A DNA stretch of 64,000 bases from Octopus sinensis (GCF_006345805.1 NC_043013.1:56792001-56856000); one strand, 5' to 3'. Shown: positions 24,784 to 38,388, counted from the stretch's first letter. The notes: generated by a model from the sequence alone, not told the origin. Numbers and translations: made by a program.

Positions 24784-26893
24784 TATGTTTGACTTTTGCT
24801 TTATATTTGTACAAGTTGGCTCCAAGTCTCACCCAGAGACCTCAAGAGACAACAGGGTTGGAAGTTCATGTTGTTGTTATGCCTAGTGTGCCATATATTT
24901 GGGGGGTGGGGATGTTGTACTAATGAATGTCTAAAAAAAAAAAATTTTTTTTTTTTTTTTTTAAACCGAAAATTATGGTTGTTTTAAACCTTGAGGTTAC
25001 ATAGAGAGTATTTTGCGTAGGATATGAGCAGTTCCCATGAGCACTATCTTTTGAACTTCTGCCATTTTTGGGTTTCCTGGTATCTGAGTTAGGTAGCTAT
25101 CAGCCCCTTTTGCTATCATTCCCAGGGCACCTATGACAACAGGTATTGTTTTAGTCTTCAGCTTCCACATTTTGCTGATTTCTATTTCAAGATCTTTATA
25201 TTTGCTCAGTTTTTGGTAGGTCCTGACAGATACGTTTATATCGATTCGGACAGCCATATCAATGAGGAGGCATGTTCTTTGTTTGAAGTCTTTCAATATG
25301 ATGTCTGGCCTATTTGCATCTATCTTCCTGTCAGTTTGAATGGTGAAGTTCCAGAGGAGTGAGATGTGGTCATTTTCAAGCACTGGGGGTGGTTTGTGTT
25401 CCCACCAGTTTTTTTCATGGGGCAAATCCAGGTTTTTACAGATTACCCAGTGAATATATTGTGCAGCTCTATCGTGCCTGTTGAGATACTCTGTAGGCGC
25501 TAGAAGACTGCACTTGGAGACCACATGGTCAATGGTTTCATTTTGTTGCTTGCATACACGACACGTTGGACTGCTTCTGATCTTTAATATGTTGGCCTGG
25601 TAGTTTCTTGTTGGTAGGCATTGATCTTGAGCTGCTATGATATACCCCTCTGTTTCAGATTTTAAGCCAGAGGCCATTAGCCATTGATGGGTCAGGGCTT
25701 TGTCGATATCTGCATTATTCGCTCTCTTTGGGTATTTGCCATAGAGAGGTTTTTCTTGCCATTTATTATTCAGAATATCTAAGGCCGCAGTTTTGGCACG
25801 GGTTTTCATGCGCCTACCTTTTTCTGTGCTTGTTTCTTGTATGTCTATCTCTAATTCCGAAATTGGTTGTATTCGGAATTCACTTAGATATTCCTTTACT
25901 GTTTTGTGACTGAGTATGATGCTTTCTTGTTTTCATGTTTTGAGACAAGTTTTAACATCTAGTCCTCAGAGTTTTTCAGGTAGGTGTCTAGGCTAATTGT
26001 AGCAATCTTCATTGTTATTGCCAGTTGCAAAAGACCACGGCCTCCCTCTTTTCTTGGCAGATAGAGTCGTTCTGTATCTGCCTTAGAGTGGTGCATTCTA
26101 TGCATTGTCAACAGTTTCCTTATTTTTCTGTCGAGCTGACATATTTCAGTAATTGACCAGTTAACAATATTGAAACTGTAAGTCACGACTGGTATAGCTA
26201 ATGCATTGATTGCTTCGATCCTGTTTCTTGCATTCAGCTCTGTCTTGAGTATTGCTCTCACTCTTCGATAGCATTCTCTCCTGATCCTTTCCTTCATCTC
26301 TGAATGCCTTATTCCGTTCCCTTCAATTACCCCTAGGTACTTGTAGCTCTCCGCTGGGTCTAGTTCTTTTATGACATTCTGTTGGTCAAGGTTAACGTTA
26401 GATGTTTCTGTCATTTTTCCTTTATAAAGGTAGCCTTTGCACATTTATCGAGGCCGAATTGCATTCTGATGTCGTCACTGAATTGTTTGACTATCGCTAG
26501 AAAGCCCTTGAGTTGTTGATCATTTTTTGCAAAAAGCTTTAAATCATCCATGTAAACGAGATGATTTATATTTTTATCAAACATTTTATACCCGTACTGC
26601 GCATCATTGAGCAGCTTTGAGAGAGGTATTAAGGATAAACAAAAGAGGAGTGGTGACAGTGAGTCACCCTGGAAAATGCCACACGAAATTTTTACATCAC
26701 CAGCATTTAGGGATTCACTGTCACTGTTCAGAGTTAGTGTGGTTCTCCATGATCTCATACTTACAGTCAAGAAGTTTCGCAGAGTTGGTGCTATCTTATA
26801 CATTTCAAGGCATTTCCTAATCCAGCTATGTGGTAGGCTATCAAAAGCCTTTTTATAGTCTATCCAGGCTATTGATAAGTTTTTGTGTCGTTT
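24783..26893 (-). mobile_element. R4/Dong-type element, family B, 5'-truncated (copy B')
   Basis: Highly similar to 17546-19630; carries ~32 bp near 25105-25137 that are missing from the first B copy. Confidence 0.92.
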
Positions 26894-26907
26894 TATTATT
26901 ATTATTA

Positions 26908-26946
<39 letters not shown>

Positions 26947-26978
26947 CATTATTATTATTATTATTATTACTATTATTA

Positions 26979-27021
<43 letters not shown>

Positions 27022-27089
27022 CATTATTATTATTATTATTACTATTATTATCATTATTATTATTATTATTATCATTACTATTATTATTA

Positions 27090-27145
<56 letters not shown>

Positions 27146-27148
<3 letters not shown>

Positions 27149-29288
27149 TAGTTTTATTTTTATAGCGTGCTTTCACTTCACTACCGAGTGCAGCTCTGTG
27201 TGCCTTGGGTATGTGCTGTGATTTGTTGTGATGCTCTGATGGTTATTGTATGGAAAGTGTTCTGCGTAGGATGTGTGTAGTGCCTAGTAGTGCAATTTTC
27301 TGTATGTGTTTGTAAGTCCTGGTGTTTTTGTTATGTATTTGTCTGAATATTTTTTTATCATGCCTAATGCACCTACTATGATAGGAATTGTTTCTGTTTT
27401 CAGGTTCCACATTCTAGTTACCTCTATTTCCAGGTCTTTGTATTTTGAGAGTTTCTCCATTTCTTTTAGAGACACGTTGTCATCAGCCGGTATTGATACA
27501 TCAATTAGAAAGCATTTTTTTTCTTCATGATCTCTGACAACTATATCTGGTCTGTTGGCCTTAATTTTTCTATCTGTGTGTATCGGCATATCCCAGTATG
27601 GTTGCTTTCTTTCGTTTCTCGTTTTCTGTGACTTTTTCTGGTGTGTGCCTATACCATCTTTTTTCTGTTGTTATTCCATAATGTTGGCATAGCTTCCAAT
27701 ATATGTAGGTTCCAACTCTGTCATGTCTGTGAATATATTCCTTCTTAGCCAGGACTGGGCAGCTAGAGATAATATGATTTATTGTTTCTTGTCCATCTCC
27801 ACATATTCTGCAGTTACTTGTAATATTTCTTTTCATTACATGTTTTTGGTAATTTCTGGTGGGGAGGCTTTGGTCTTGTGCTGCAATTAAAAATCCCTCT
27901 GTTTCTGCTTTGAGTCCTGAGCTTCTCAACCATTGCTGAGATTTTTCTTTGTCTATTTCTTTTGCGTTTAGTTTAGTGCAGTATTTACCATGAAGGGGCT
28001 TTTCTTGCCATCGTTTTATCATGGTTCGTTGCTGTTCTATTTTTAGTTTGGATTTCATTTGTTTTATAGCTTTTGTTGTTTCTTCATCATCTTCTTCTTC
28101 TTCTTCGTGTTTATTAGGTGGTATGATTTCTTGTTTGTATTTGTCAGCTTCCTTAAATACCGAGAACAGTTTTTTGTTTTGCTCGTGTTTTGCTGCTATC
28201 TGGATCAGTTTTCCTTCCTTCTGAAGTAGGTATTTTTGCAGTCCTATGGTGGTTATTTTATCGTAGTTTTCCAGTTGTATAAGGCCTCTACCACCTTCTA
28301 TACGTTGTATATATAGTCTTTCTATGTCAGATTTTGAGTGATGCATCCCAGATCCTGTCAGTATTTTTCATGAGTCCCTCTTTTGTTTGGAGGTGTAGGA
28401 CTGTTTGCCATTTTTTCTTAGAGTGCTCTATGAATTTTATGATTGTTGGTGCTACTTTGTTAATGGCTAGTGTTTCGAGGATCCATGTGTGGGGGATGCT
28501 ATCAAACGCCTTTTTGTAGTCAATCCAGGCCATACTGAGGCCTTTCTTCTTTCTGTGGCTGTCTTCAGTTACGGCTTTATTAATCATTAGTTGATCTTTA
28601 CAGCCATATGAGCCTTTGCGGCATCCTTTCTGCTCTTCTGGGAACAGTTTGTTTTCGTCCAGGTGCTTGTTCAGCCTTTGTGATATCACTGCAGTAAATG
28701 CCTTGAACATAGTAGGGAGGCAGGTTATTGGTCTGTAGTTTTCTGGTTTTGTTGTTTCATTTGATTTGGGAATTAAGATGGTTTTCCCCTTCGTGAGCCA
28801 TTCAGGCATTGTCTCTGGCTCTGCTAGTATGCTGTTAAAGCTTTCAGCCAGCTTTTTGTGCATTCCTGTAAGATATTTCAACCAGATGTTGGGGATCTTG
28901 TCATGCCCAGGTGCCTTCCAGTTGCTTAGTTTTTGCAGTGCCTGGGTGACCTCTTCAGTTGTTACGGGGGTCCAAAGTTGTTCAGATGCCGAGTTTGTTA
29001 TTTTGATACTCCTTTTTTTTGGCTGTTCGATCGCCGACCATGTTTCTCTCCAGAATTCTTCCAATTCTTCTGCCGTTGGTGCTGCAGTGACTTCTATTTT
29101 ATTTTTTCCCAGTTCTTGGTAGAACTTTTTGGGGTTGGAGTTGAACTTTTTGTTCTGTTCAAATAAGCGTTGGCGTTTCTCGTACCGGCGGATCCTTTGA
29201 GCTTTGGCAAGGATATCTTGCTTCAGCTTTTCTTTTATCTCCGGCAAATGTTTTTCTGTGATGTTATATTTGCGGAGCATTTTTGTTC
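27146..29288 (-). mobile_element. Family C Dong copy C2: 5'-truncated, ~590 bp internal deletion
   Basis: Junction at 28366-28369 joins C1 positions ~23925 and ~24515 through TTTC microhomology; RT core including YMDD is absent. Confidence 0.9.
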
Positions 29289-29314
29289 TATTATTATTAT
29301 TTTTATTATTATTA

Positions 29315-29356
<42 letters not shown>

Positions 29357-29376
29357 CTTATTATTATTATTATATT

Positions 29377-29407
<31 letters not shown>

Positions 29408-29418
29408 TATTATTATTA

Positions 29419-29504
<86 letters not shown>

Positions 29505-29598
29505 TATTATTATTATCATTATATTATTATTATTACTATTATTATCATTATTATTATTATTATTATCATTACTATTATTATTATCATTATTATTATTT

Positions 29599-29633
<35 letters not shown>

Positions 29634-31770
29634 CAGTAGTTTTATTTTTATAGCTTGCTTTCACTTCACTACCGAGTGCAGCTCTGTGTGCCTTGGGTAT
29701 GTGCTGTGATTGTTGTGATGCTCTGATGGTTATTGTATGGAAAGTGTTCTGCGTAGGATGTGTGTAGTGCCTAGTAGTGCAATTTTCTGTATGTGTTTGT
29801 AAGTCCTGGTGTTTTTGTTATGTATTTGTCTGAATATTTTTTTATCATGCCTAATGCACCTACTATGATAGGAATTGTTTCTGTTTTCAGGTTCCACATT
29901 CTAGTTACCTCTATTTCCAGGTCTTTGTATTTTGAGAGTTTCTCCATTTCTTTTAGAGACACGTTGTCATCAGCCGGTATTGATACATCAATTAGAAAGC
30001 ATTTTTTTTCTTCATGATCTCTGACAACTATATCTGGTCTGTTGACCTTAATTTTTCTATCTCTGTGTATCGGCATATCCCAGAGTATGGTTGCTTTCTC
30101 GTTTTCTGTGACATTTTCTGGTGTGTGCCTATACCATCTTTTTTCTGTTGTTATTCCATAATGTTGGCATAGCTTCCAATATATGTAGGTTCCAACTCTG
30201 TCATGTCTGTGAATATATTCCTTCTTAGCCAGGACTGGGCAGCTAGAGATAATATGATTTATTGTTTCTTGTCCATCTCCACATATTCTGCAGTTACTTG
30301 TAATATTTCTTTTCATTACATGTTTTTGGTAATTTCTGGTGGGGAGGCTTTGGTCTTGTGCTGCAATTAAAAATCCCTCTGTTTCTGCTTTGAGTCCTGA
30401 GCTTCTCAACCATTGCTGAGATTTTTCTTTGTCTATTTCTTTTGCGTTTAGTTTAGTGCAGTATTTACCATGAAGGGGCTTTTCTTGCCATCGTTTTATC
30501 ATGGTTCGTTGCTGTTCTATTTTTAGTTTGGATTTCATTTGTTTTATAGCTTTTGTTGTTTCTTCATCATCTTCTTCTTCTTCTTCTTCGTGTTTATTAG
30601 GTGGTATGATTCTTGTTTGTATTTGTCAGCTTCCTTAAATACCGAGAACAGTTTTTTGTTTTGCTCGTGTTTTGCTGCTATCTGGATCAGTTTTCCTTCC
30701 TTCTGAAGTAGGTATTTTTGCAGTCCTATGGTGGTTATTTTATCGTAGTTTTCCAGTTGTATAAGGCCTCTACCACCTTCTATACGTTGTATATATAGTC
30801 TTTCTATGTCAGATTTTGAGTGATGCATCCCAGATCCTGTCAGTATTTTTCATGAGTCCCTCTTTTGTTTGGAGGTGTAGGACTGTTTGCCATTTTTTCA
30901 TAGAGTGCTCTATGAATTTTATGATTGTTGGTGCTACTTTGTTAATGGCTAGTGTTTCGAGGATCCATGTGTGGGGGATGCTATCAAACGCCTTTTTGTA
31001 GTCAATCCAGGCCATACTGAGGCCTTTCTTCTTTCTGTGGCTGTCTTCAGTTACGGCTTTAATAATCATTAGTTGATCTTTACAGCCATATGAGCCTTTG
31101 CGGCATCCTTTCTGCTCTTCTGGGAACAGTTTGTTTTCGTCCAGGTGCTTGTTCGGCCTTTGTGATATCACTGCAGTAAATGCCTTGAACATAGTAGGGA
31201 GGCAGGTTATTGGTCTGTAGTTTTCTGGTTTTGTTGTTTCATTTGATTTGGGAATTAAGATGGTTTTCCCCTTCGTGAGCCATTCAGGCATTGTCTCTGG
31301 CTCTGCTAGTATGCTGTTAAAGCTTTCAGCCAGCTTTTTGTGCATTCCTGTTAGATATTTCAACCAGATGTTGGGGATCTTGTCATGCCCAGGTGCCTTC
31401 CAGTTGCTTAGTTTTTGCAGTGCCTGGGTGACCTCTTCAGTTGTTACGGGGGTCCAAAGTTGTTCAGATGCCGAGTTTGTTATTTTGATACTCCTTTTTT
31501 TTGGCTGTTCGATCGCCGACCATGTTTCTCTCCAGAATTCTTCCAATTCTTCTGCCGTTGGTGCTACAGTGACTTCTATTTTATTTTTTCCCAGTTCTTG
31601 GTAGAACTTTTTGGGGTTGGAGTTGAACTTTTTGTTCTGTTCAAATAAGCGTTGGCGTTTCTCGTACCGGCGGATCCTTTGAGCTTTGGCAAGGATATCT
31701 TGCTTCAGCTTTTCTTTTATCTCCGGCAAATGTTTTTCTGTGATGTTATATTTGCGGAGCATTTTTGTTC
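29634..31770 (-). mobile_element. Family C Dong copy C3: near-identical tandem duplicate of C2
   Basis: Same 5' truncation point and same deletion junction (~30848-30851); offset ~2.48 kb. Confidence 0.9.
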
Positions 31771-31783
31771 TCTATTATTATTA

Positions 31784-31847
<64 letters not shown>

Positions 31848-31873
31848 CTTATTTATTATTATTATTATTATTA

Positions 31874-31931
<58 letters not shown>

Positions 31932-32023
31932 TATTAACATTATTATATTATTATTATTATTACTATTATTATCATTATTATTATTATATTGTTATTATTA
32001 TTATTATTATATTATTATTATTA

Positions 32024-32056
<33 letters not shown>

Positions 32057-32175
32057 TACTATTATTATTATTATTATCATTATTATTATTATTATTTTAT
32101 TATCATTATTATTATTATTATATTACTATTATTATCATTATTATATTATTATTATTATTATTATTTTATTATTTA

Positions 32176-32214
<39 letters not shown>

Positions 32215-32224
32215 TACCACTATT

Positions 32225-32271
<47 letters not shown>

Positions 32272-32339
32272 CATTATTATTATTATTATTACTATTATTA
32301 TCATTATTATTATTATTATTATCATTACTATTATTATTA

Positions 32340-32423
<84 letters not shown>

Positions 32424-32553
32424 TATCATTATTATATTATTATTACTATATCATTATTATTATTATTATTTTATTATTATTATTATTATTATTTTTATAT
32501 TATTAATATTATTATTATTATTATTATTATTACTACTACTACTATTATTACTA

Positions 32554-32587
<34 letters not shown>

Positions 32588-32655
32588 CATTATTATTATT
32601 ATTATTACTATTATTATCATTATTATTATTATTATTATCATTACTATTATTATTA

Positions 32656-32686
<31 letters not shown>

Positions 32687-32714
32687 CATATTATTATTAT
32701 TATTATTATTATTA

Positions 32715-32787
<73 letters not shown>

Positions 32788-32810
32788 CATCATTATTGTC
32801 ATCATTATTA

Positions 32811-32844
<34 letters not shown>

Positions 32845-32861
32845 CATTATTATTATTAATA

Positions 32862-32915
<54 letters not shown>

Positions 32916-33041
32916 CTACTACTACTATTATTATTATTATTATTATTATTAGTAGTAGTAGTAGTAGTATTATTATTACTACTACTACTATTATTATTAT
33001 TATTATTATTATATTAGTATTATTATTATTACTACTACTAC

Positions 33042-33094
<53 letters not shown>

Positions 33095-33108
33095 CTACTA
33101 CTACTATT

Positions 33109-33145
<37 letters not shown>

Positions 33146-33158
33146 CTACTACTACTAC

Positions 33159-33208
<50 letters not shown>

Positions 33209-33297
33209 CTACTACTACTATTATTATTATTATTATTATTATTATTAGTAGTATTATTATTATTATTATTATTACTACTACTACTATTATTATTATT
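31771..33297. repeat. ~1.5 kb (TAA/ATT)n tract with ATC, ACT and AGT variant units
   Basis: Directly visible; the poly-I/L/Y/N ORFs here are translation artefacts. Confidence 0.95.
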
Positions 33298-33850
33298 GAG
33301 TGAGAGAGCAGTACATGCCATCAAAGGGACACTGGGGTAAAATATACGAAGCCCAGTATACCCATCATGACTACCCGTCTGATAAGGGTACACCAGGCAC
33401 ATGCATCACAACCATATGTGCGCGACATGGTGATCTCATATCAAGATAAACAGCACATGACCTTGCAGGTGGAGCCCAGTTAGAATTTTCTTCAGATCGA
33501 GTAACCCATCCCGCTCAACAGGTCCCTGAATAATGGTTGTTTAAGGACATTGAACGAAACACACATGTTTCCAGAGGTGAATTATTCAAACCCCAAAGAA
33601 TCCTTCTCAACACATGGCTATGATGCTCCCCCACTATTTCTGCTCGTGATCAGAGATGCACATATTGTCAGCCACTAAGGGACATGCTCAACTGGTTAAG
33701 GTCAAACAACTGACAAGCAAATCTGTGGTATTGAGCAGAATATTTGCTGTAGCCCATCTTTTATACCAAGACAAAACAATGTACATGATAACACTTCCAA
33801 TCAGTTAAGATCAGAAGCCATGAGAGCCACTGCCTGGTACTGCATCAGGC
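33298..33850 (-). mobile_element. 553 bp non-coding element inserted in (TAA)n; candidate SINE
   Basis: No ORF; 3' end joins AATAAT in the same phase and orientation as the Dong elements; (TAA)n on both sides. Confidence 0.6.
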
Positions 33851-34272
33851 ATTTATTTTCTTTTCTTCTTCTTCTTCCTTCTTCTTCTTCTTTTTCTTAG
33901 TTTCTTCTCTTCTTCTTATTATTATATTATTATATGATATTACTTACTAAATGACTACTTCTTATTATTATCATTATTAATATTAATTATCTATAGTATT
34001 ATTATTATTATTATTAGTATTATATTATTATTATTATTTACTTACTATTACTATTATTATATTATTATTATTATTATTAATATTATTATTTATTATTATT
34101 ATCATTATTATTATTATTATATTATTTTATTATTAGTTATATTATTATTATTATTATTATACGTACTATACTATTATTATTAATATATTATTATTATTAT
34201 TATATTATTATTATTATATTATTATTATAGTATTATTATTATTATTATTACTACTACTACTATTATTATTAA

Positions 34273-34307
<35 letters not shown>

Positions 34308-34308
<1 letters not shown>

Positions 34309-34530
34309 GGTAGTGAAATGGCAGACTCGTTAGCAGATGCTGGGCAAACTGCTTAGCAGTATTTTGTCCATTTTTAATGTTTTGAGTTCAAATTCTGCCA
34401 AGGTCAGTTTTGCCTTTCATCCTTTTGGGGTCAGTAAAACAGGTACCAGTTGAACACTGGGGTCAATGTAATTGACTTAACCTTTCCTCTGGAAACTCTG
34501 GCTTTCTGCGCAAGTTTGAAACCAATATAT
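34308..34530 (+). mobile_element. tRNA-derived SINE, second family
   Basis: A-box-like TGGCAGACTCGTTAG, B-box GAGTTCAAATTC, core GCCTTTCATCC..GTACCAGT..GGGGTCAATGTAATTGAC. Confidence 0.7.
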
Positions 34531-35229
34531 TTCTGACCGGGTTCAGTTCCGTCACTGTTAATACACCAAATCAATTTCTTGTTGGCTTGGTGTCGTTTCT
34601 GCTCTCTTCTGCTCATCTAGTGCACAGCTGCAATAATGGGAAAATCCCTGCTGGGGGTTTTATAGGTAAAATTCACCACCAGCTGTGGTAGTTTCTTCTT
34701 CAAATGGCCATATGACCCGGAACAAAATTTGCTTCGGTTGGTACAAACCCAGGTCCAAAATTTTTACAAAATCGGTCAGTTTATTTCCAATAACAATATG
34801 AAAATGTGTAAAACAATAAGGATTATTATGATATTTGTGCCTCAGTCAAATCAATGAAGTTCAATTAGAGAAAAGTAAATGTTTCAAATAAATCTAAAAA
34901 TATTTCTACACTCGTTTGTTTGGGTGAAGTTTTTCCGCAGAATGTTCAAAGCGTTTTCATTGCACAGATTTCTGTGCACATCCATTAGGGAACAGGGTGT
35001 CAGACAGTGCTGCATCATTCTACCACAGAACAAATTTCGAGTTTGCACCCACCAAAAGTTTTAGAGAGTGTGGTGGCGCCCCCTGCACTCCTGTTCCTGA
35101 ACCAATGCAGGTGGTTGCTGTCAAAATGAATCTCACAAAACTATGCTTTCAGTCCTCACATTGGCTTTGATAGATCTTCAGTTCTATGTTGTATGTCCCT
35201 GCCAGTGACATCGATGTAGTTGAGTGGTC

Positions 35230-36070
35230 GACATATACTGCTATGGGATAGAAATCTCTTCTCATTTCATTTTCTCCTCCCACTTATTCTTGGGACTGTC
35301 CTCAAGCATACCATTCCATTGAGTCTCCAACTGATCTGGCTGCATCTTCAAGAGAAACCAACCAAAGTCACAAGTGTTATCCACCTTGGGTCTCCTGCTG
35401 GTGGGTTTCCTCCATAAAACCACTTCCACAAATGTTTCCCAAGACATTCTTACCATATGTCTGTAGTATCGGAGCTGTGATCTCTCAATTCAGAGAAGCA
35501 GTGGCTTTACTTGTAGCACCATTCTGATCTCCGAGCAATGCACTCCTTCGAGCAACCCTTACTCCAAAGACCCTTCACAGAAGCCTTATTTCTGTTCCAT
35601 GTGTTTGCAATAGAATTCTTTTAGTCTTTACCCAAGATTCATGATCTCCAGGTAAGAGTAAGTGCATAAAAGTCTCCAGAATATAACTTCTGATATCGCC
35701 TGTCATTCAGTGTGATAGCAGTGTGACACTGATTCTGTCTGTAGTGTGGCAACAAAAATCTAGGTGGCTCAGTTTATTCAGCTGTAAAGTCCACCATAGA
35801 TAAAGCAAAGATGGGTGGAATGCATCCATAAGTATCCTCTTTGGTTTTTATGCCATGAATGTTTTGATCCCTTGTGAAAAGTCAGGTTTATATACCATTA
35901 AGTATGTCTTGAAACTCCCATCTTAATAGCCCAAGTTCCAGTTCCCCCAGAGATGTAGTAACCACTGCTATACATAGGCTGTCATCACATAATGTTGTCA
36001 GGTTTCCAATCATTTCATTATGGTGAAGATAGGAAAGAGCACGGAACCAATTACAGTGAAATAAAATTAT
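35230..36070 (-). pseudogene. Ancient RTE-clade LINE relic
   Basis: Fragments GTVIGSVLFPIF, HESWVKTKR..TEIRLL and MVRMS..LWRKPTSRRP in shifting frames. Confidence 0.55.
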
Positions 36071-36440
36071 ATGAAATGTTGGGTTCTCATATTAAATTGG
36101 AATTGGTTTGACAGACAAGAAGTGCTCAGATCAAATAAAATACCTAAACTGTAATGTCAAGCAAAGGGATGTGGAATGAGTGCAAATAAGAGTGACTTTT
36201 GGTAATGGATGGGTCAACCTAATGAAAGTCAAAATAAAAGACAGACTGCTTGTAAAGTTATCAAATCATCTTTTTAAACCCTGTATACAGTCTGATCAAA
36301 AAGTATCCGGATTGTTGCTATGGTAACACATCTTGCCTTCCGTTGTACCTGTCCTGTTACTTTCTGATCAGATCTCATACACTAACAATACACACACACA
36401 CACACACACACACACACCACACACACACACACACACACAT

Positions 36441-36519
<79 letters not shown>

Positions 36520-36983
36520 TGTGTGTATACATATATATATACACATATACATACATAAATATATATTTATATATATATATATATACACACACACACATAT
36601 CATCATATATATATGTATACATATATATATAAATAGAAATAGAAATATTATTATTTCCAAATCTCTCAAAGAGACACATTCAGTAAAAGTTCTTTAAAGT
36701 AAAGGCCATTTGCCAATATAATGTGGCTGCCCTGGAAGGGACGATGCTAGTGTCGTTTTAGCCCCAAGAAACATTTTTAGATCAATGACTGTGTGTCCCT
36801 TTCAAAACTATATATTCGAAAGATGAATTCAGCAATGCCATCTGGCCAAGTAGCTACTCTGTGTTGATAAAGAGCAATAACCCAGAAACTACTCCACAGA
36901 TGTTTTGCAGTGGTTGAGAGTGCTGAACTCCCTTCAAGATCAGATATATATGTTGGCAAATAGCCTTTATGTTATATATATTT

Positions 36984-37260
36984 ATCATCATCATCATCAT
37001 CATCATCATCGTTTAATGTCTGTTTTCCCTGCTGGCATGTGTTGGACAGTTTGACTGAGGTCTCGAGAGCCAACTGCTGCACCAGGCTCCAATTTGATCT
37101 GGCAATGTTTCTACAGTTGGATTCACTTCCTAACGCCAACCACTCCTAGAAAGTAGTGGGTGGTTTTCATGCGCCACCAGCACAGGAGGCCGTCATATCG
37201 GCCTGGTATCGTTCACATTTGAATAGTGCTTTTTACGTGCCACTGGCACAGGAGCCAGTC
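36984..37260 (-). mobile_element. RTE 3'UTR fragment with (GAT)n tail
   Basis: CCTAACGCCAACCACTCC and TTTTTACGTGCCAC motifs shared with the other copies. Confidence 0.8.
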
Positions 37261-37298
37261 GATATATGCATGTATGTATGTATCTATCTATCTATATA

Positions 37299-37345
<47 letters not shown>

Positions 37346-37419
37346 TATATATATGTACATATATATGTACATATATATATATGTATACATATATATGTAT
37401 ATAATAAAATTATATATAT

Positions 37420-37630
37420 ATATAAACAGCTAAAAGCTCCACGAGGCTCCAGCAGGGGGGAAGATCCTTGCTGTACTCTTTCACCACACTTTCTCCCACT
37501 CTTTCTTCTGTTGGCCTGCTCGCTTTGCGAGTGCGGTGGCGTCATTCGAAGGCTAAAACAATGAGAATGCATTGTGACCAGCAATGTGTAACAACATCTG
37601 ATGGTCTGGTCGGTCACATGATCATGTGAA
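37420..37630 (+). mobile_element. Short non-coding element ending in an RTE-1-like 3' motif
   Basis: Terminal CTGATGGTCTGGTCGGTCA matches the end of the RTE fragment at 41324-41490; flanked by (TA)n. Confidence 0.55.
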
Positions 37631-37714
37631 ATATATATACATATATATATGTACATATATATATATATGTATATACATATATATATATATATGTATATAT
37701 ATATGTGTATATAT

Positions 37715-37761
<47 letters not shown>

Positions 37762-37764
37762 ATA

Positions 37765-38388
37765 TTTCGGAATGGTCATTTTGTCAGTTTAGCCAATAAA
37801 AACACACGCACTATATATTTGGTGTTACTTTGCTTCAGTGTTATTTATTTTTTACATTAATCTTATTCTTATTTCGGCCAGAGTTCTTTCGTCACACTCC
37901 TGTGACCGCATCAGTGGTCCTTTGTTTTCTTCTTTCGTATTTGTGTCTCTCCTTACTAACCATCAGCCATTTTGTATTTCTATTGTATGTCTTCATTTGC
38001 ACATGCTTATATCACTATGTGCATCTATGTTTATTTAGTGTGTGGGGGGTGGGGGGATGCCTGTAATATTTGTATCTTCTGTTTATATACGTTCATGTAA
38101 TTTGTTTTTGTTGTTGTTGTTGTTTTTGTTTATTATTTTGTTCATATGTTTACATCCACTTATTATTATCATTACATATGCTTGTATGTATGTATGTATA
38201 GCAACAATACTAGTAATAATAATAATAAATAAATAAATAAACTTATATAGTTATTTATTTCTATTTGTTTATTTATCTGTGTATTTATTATGTTTTCAGG
38301 ATCCTCTACCGTCATATGTTGTGGTGTGTGTTAGAGCTCCATTCTAGTTTCCTATTCAGGCTAGGTTTATTTTCTATTATGTGTGTAG
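37765..38388 (-). repeat. Inverted pseudo-LTR of the Penelope-like element
   Basis: Near-identical reverse complement of ~40571-41210. Confidence 0.9.

Noticed and set aside
28366-28369. Internal deletion in C2/C3 as a spliced intron
   Set aside because: Boundaries are not GT-AG on the sense strand; TTTC microhomology explains the junction
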